Shown: in pieces, positions 62,838 through 64,000 of the stretch
Numbering within the stretch: the first letter of the stretch is position 1
Layout: each line of letters opens with the position of its first letter
Assembly (NCBI RefSeq): GCF_004010195.1
Contig: NC_057753.1
Location: 4,748,887-4,812,886, forward strand
DNA length: 64,000 bases
Direction: 5' to 3'
DNA from: Chiloscyllium plagiosum
Taxonomy: Eukaryota
Made by a program: the position numbers and the translations under genes
Notes under the pieces: model-generated
What the model saw: the letters and a program-made list of their open reading frames with translations, nothing else
What the model was told of the DNA's origin: nothing
Database searches by the model: none

Positions 62838-63420
62838 AAGGCATTTGGTATGCTTTCCTTTATTGGTCAGAGTATTGAGTACAGGAGGTGGGAGGTCATG
62901 TTGCGGCTGTACAGGACATTGGTTAGGCCACTGTTGGAATATTGCGTGCAGTTCTGGTCTCCTTCCCATCGGAAGGATGTTGTGAAACTTGAAAGGGTTC
63001 GGAAAAGATTAACAAGAATGTTGCCAGGATTGGAGGGTTTGAGCTGTAGGGAGAGGCTGAACAGGCTGGGGCTGTTTTCCCTGGAGGCTGAGTGGTCAAA
63101 GGGTTAGATAGGGTGGACAGGGAGAGCCTTTTTCCAAGTATGGTGACAGCGAGCACGAGGGGACATAACTTTAAATTGAGGGATGATAGATATAGGACAG
63201 ATGTCAGAGGTAGTTTCTTTATTCAAGAGTAGGAAGGGTATGGAATGCTTTGCCTGCAACGGTAGTAGATTCACCAAGTTTAAGTACATTTAAGTTGTCA
63301 TTGGACAAGCATATGGACGTACATGGAATAGTGTAGGTTAGATGGGCTTCAGATTGGTATGACAGGTTGGCACAACATCGAGGGCCGAAGGGCCTGTACT
63401 GCGCGGTAATGTTCTAATGC
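62838..63420 (+). mobile_element. Two fused CR1 3' fragments
   Basis: EYCVQFWSP, followed by a different subfamily tail. Confidence 0.85.
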
Positions 63421-63674
63421 CATCCTCTTGAAGGGTTCTGCCTCTCCCCGCTGTCTCCAAAAGGTGGAAGAGGCTGATGGAGATTCTTCTGTGACGAGTG
63501 TTGAGACAAGCTGATCAGCTGTTTCCCCTCTTCCACGAGCAAACTCTCTCCAATGTTCACGTAAGATCCTGAACTGACTTCTTCCTTCGGTCTCTTTCCC
63601 ATCTCCTGTAATGTCCTCCCAGTTGTTCACCTTGTCCACAAAATCCGTGCTGCAGCTCCATCGAGTCTATTCTC

Positions 63675-64000
63675 GGGTGGCTGTGTGGTTAGCACTGCTG
63701 CTGCACAGCGCCAGGGACCTGGGTTCGATCCCAGCCTCAGGGCAGCTGTCTGTGTGGAGTTTGCACATCCTCCCCACAGTGTACGCATGGGTTTCCTCTG
63801 AGTGCTCTGGTTTCCCTCCACAAACCAAAGATGTGCAGGTTAGAGTGAATTGGCAATGCTAAATTGCCCCAGGGATGTGTAGGTTAGGTGGTATTAGTCA
63901 GGGACAAATATAGGGTAGGGGAATGGGTTACCCTCTGGAGGGTCGGTGTGGACTTGTTGGGCCGAAGGGTCTGTTTCCACTCTGCAGGGATTCTAATTCT
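63675..64000 (+). mobile_element. V-SINE
   Basis: Head, V-domain and tail. Confidence 0.88.

Overview
Eukaryotic, repeat-rich vertebrate DNA. The tRNA-derived V-SINE (HE1-like) and CR1 (HER1-like) repeats point to a shark or other elasmobranch; this is inferred from repeat families. The window holds a cluster of seven intact tandem C2H2 zinc-finger genes with 7-13 fingers each, one coding exon each, and only 4-16 aa before the first finger. No KRAB, SCAN or BTB domain is visible. Six genes sit as three head-to-head pairs around paralogous CpG-island promoters (CCAAT, NRF1-like and YY1 motifs). There is also a solo gene, an orphan promoter copy and trails of decayed fingers. Intergenic and intronic DNA is CR1/L2 LINE fragments, SINEs, one TA-flanked MITE and many Penelope-like (PLE) fragments carrying minimal hammerhead ribozyme motifs. 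One hammerhead lies sense-oriented in the predicted 5' UTR of a ZNF gene, and two form a 195-bp near-perfect palindrome. An assembly gap spans 10603-11136. Exon structures are predicted by eye from paralog comparison and splice consensus, and repeat boundaries are approximate.
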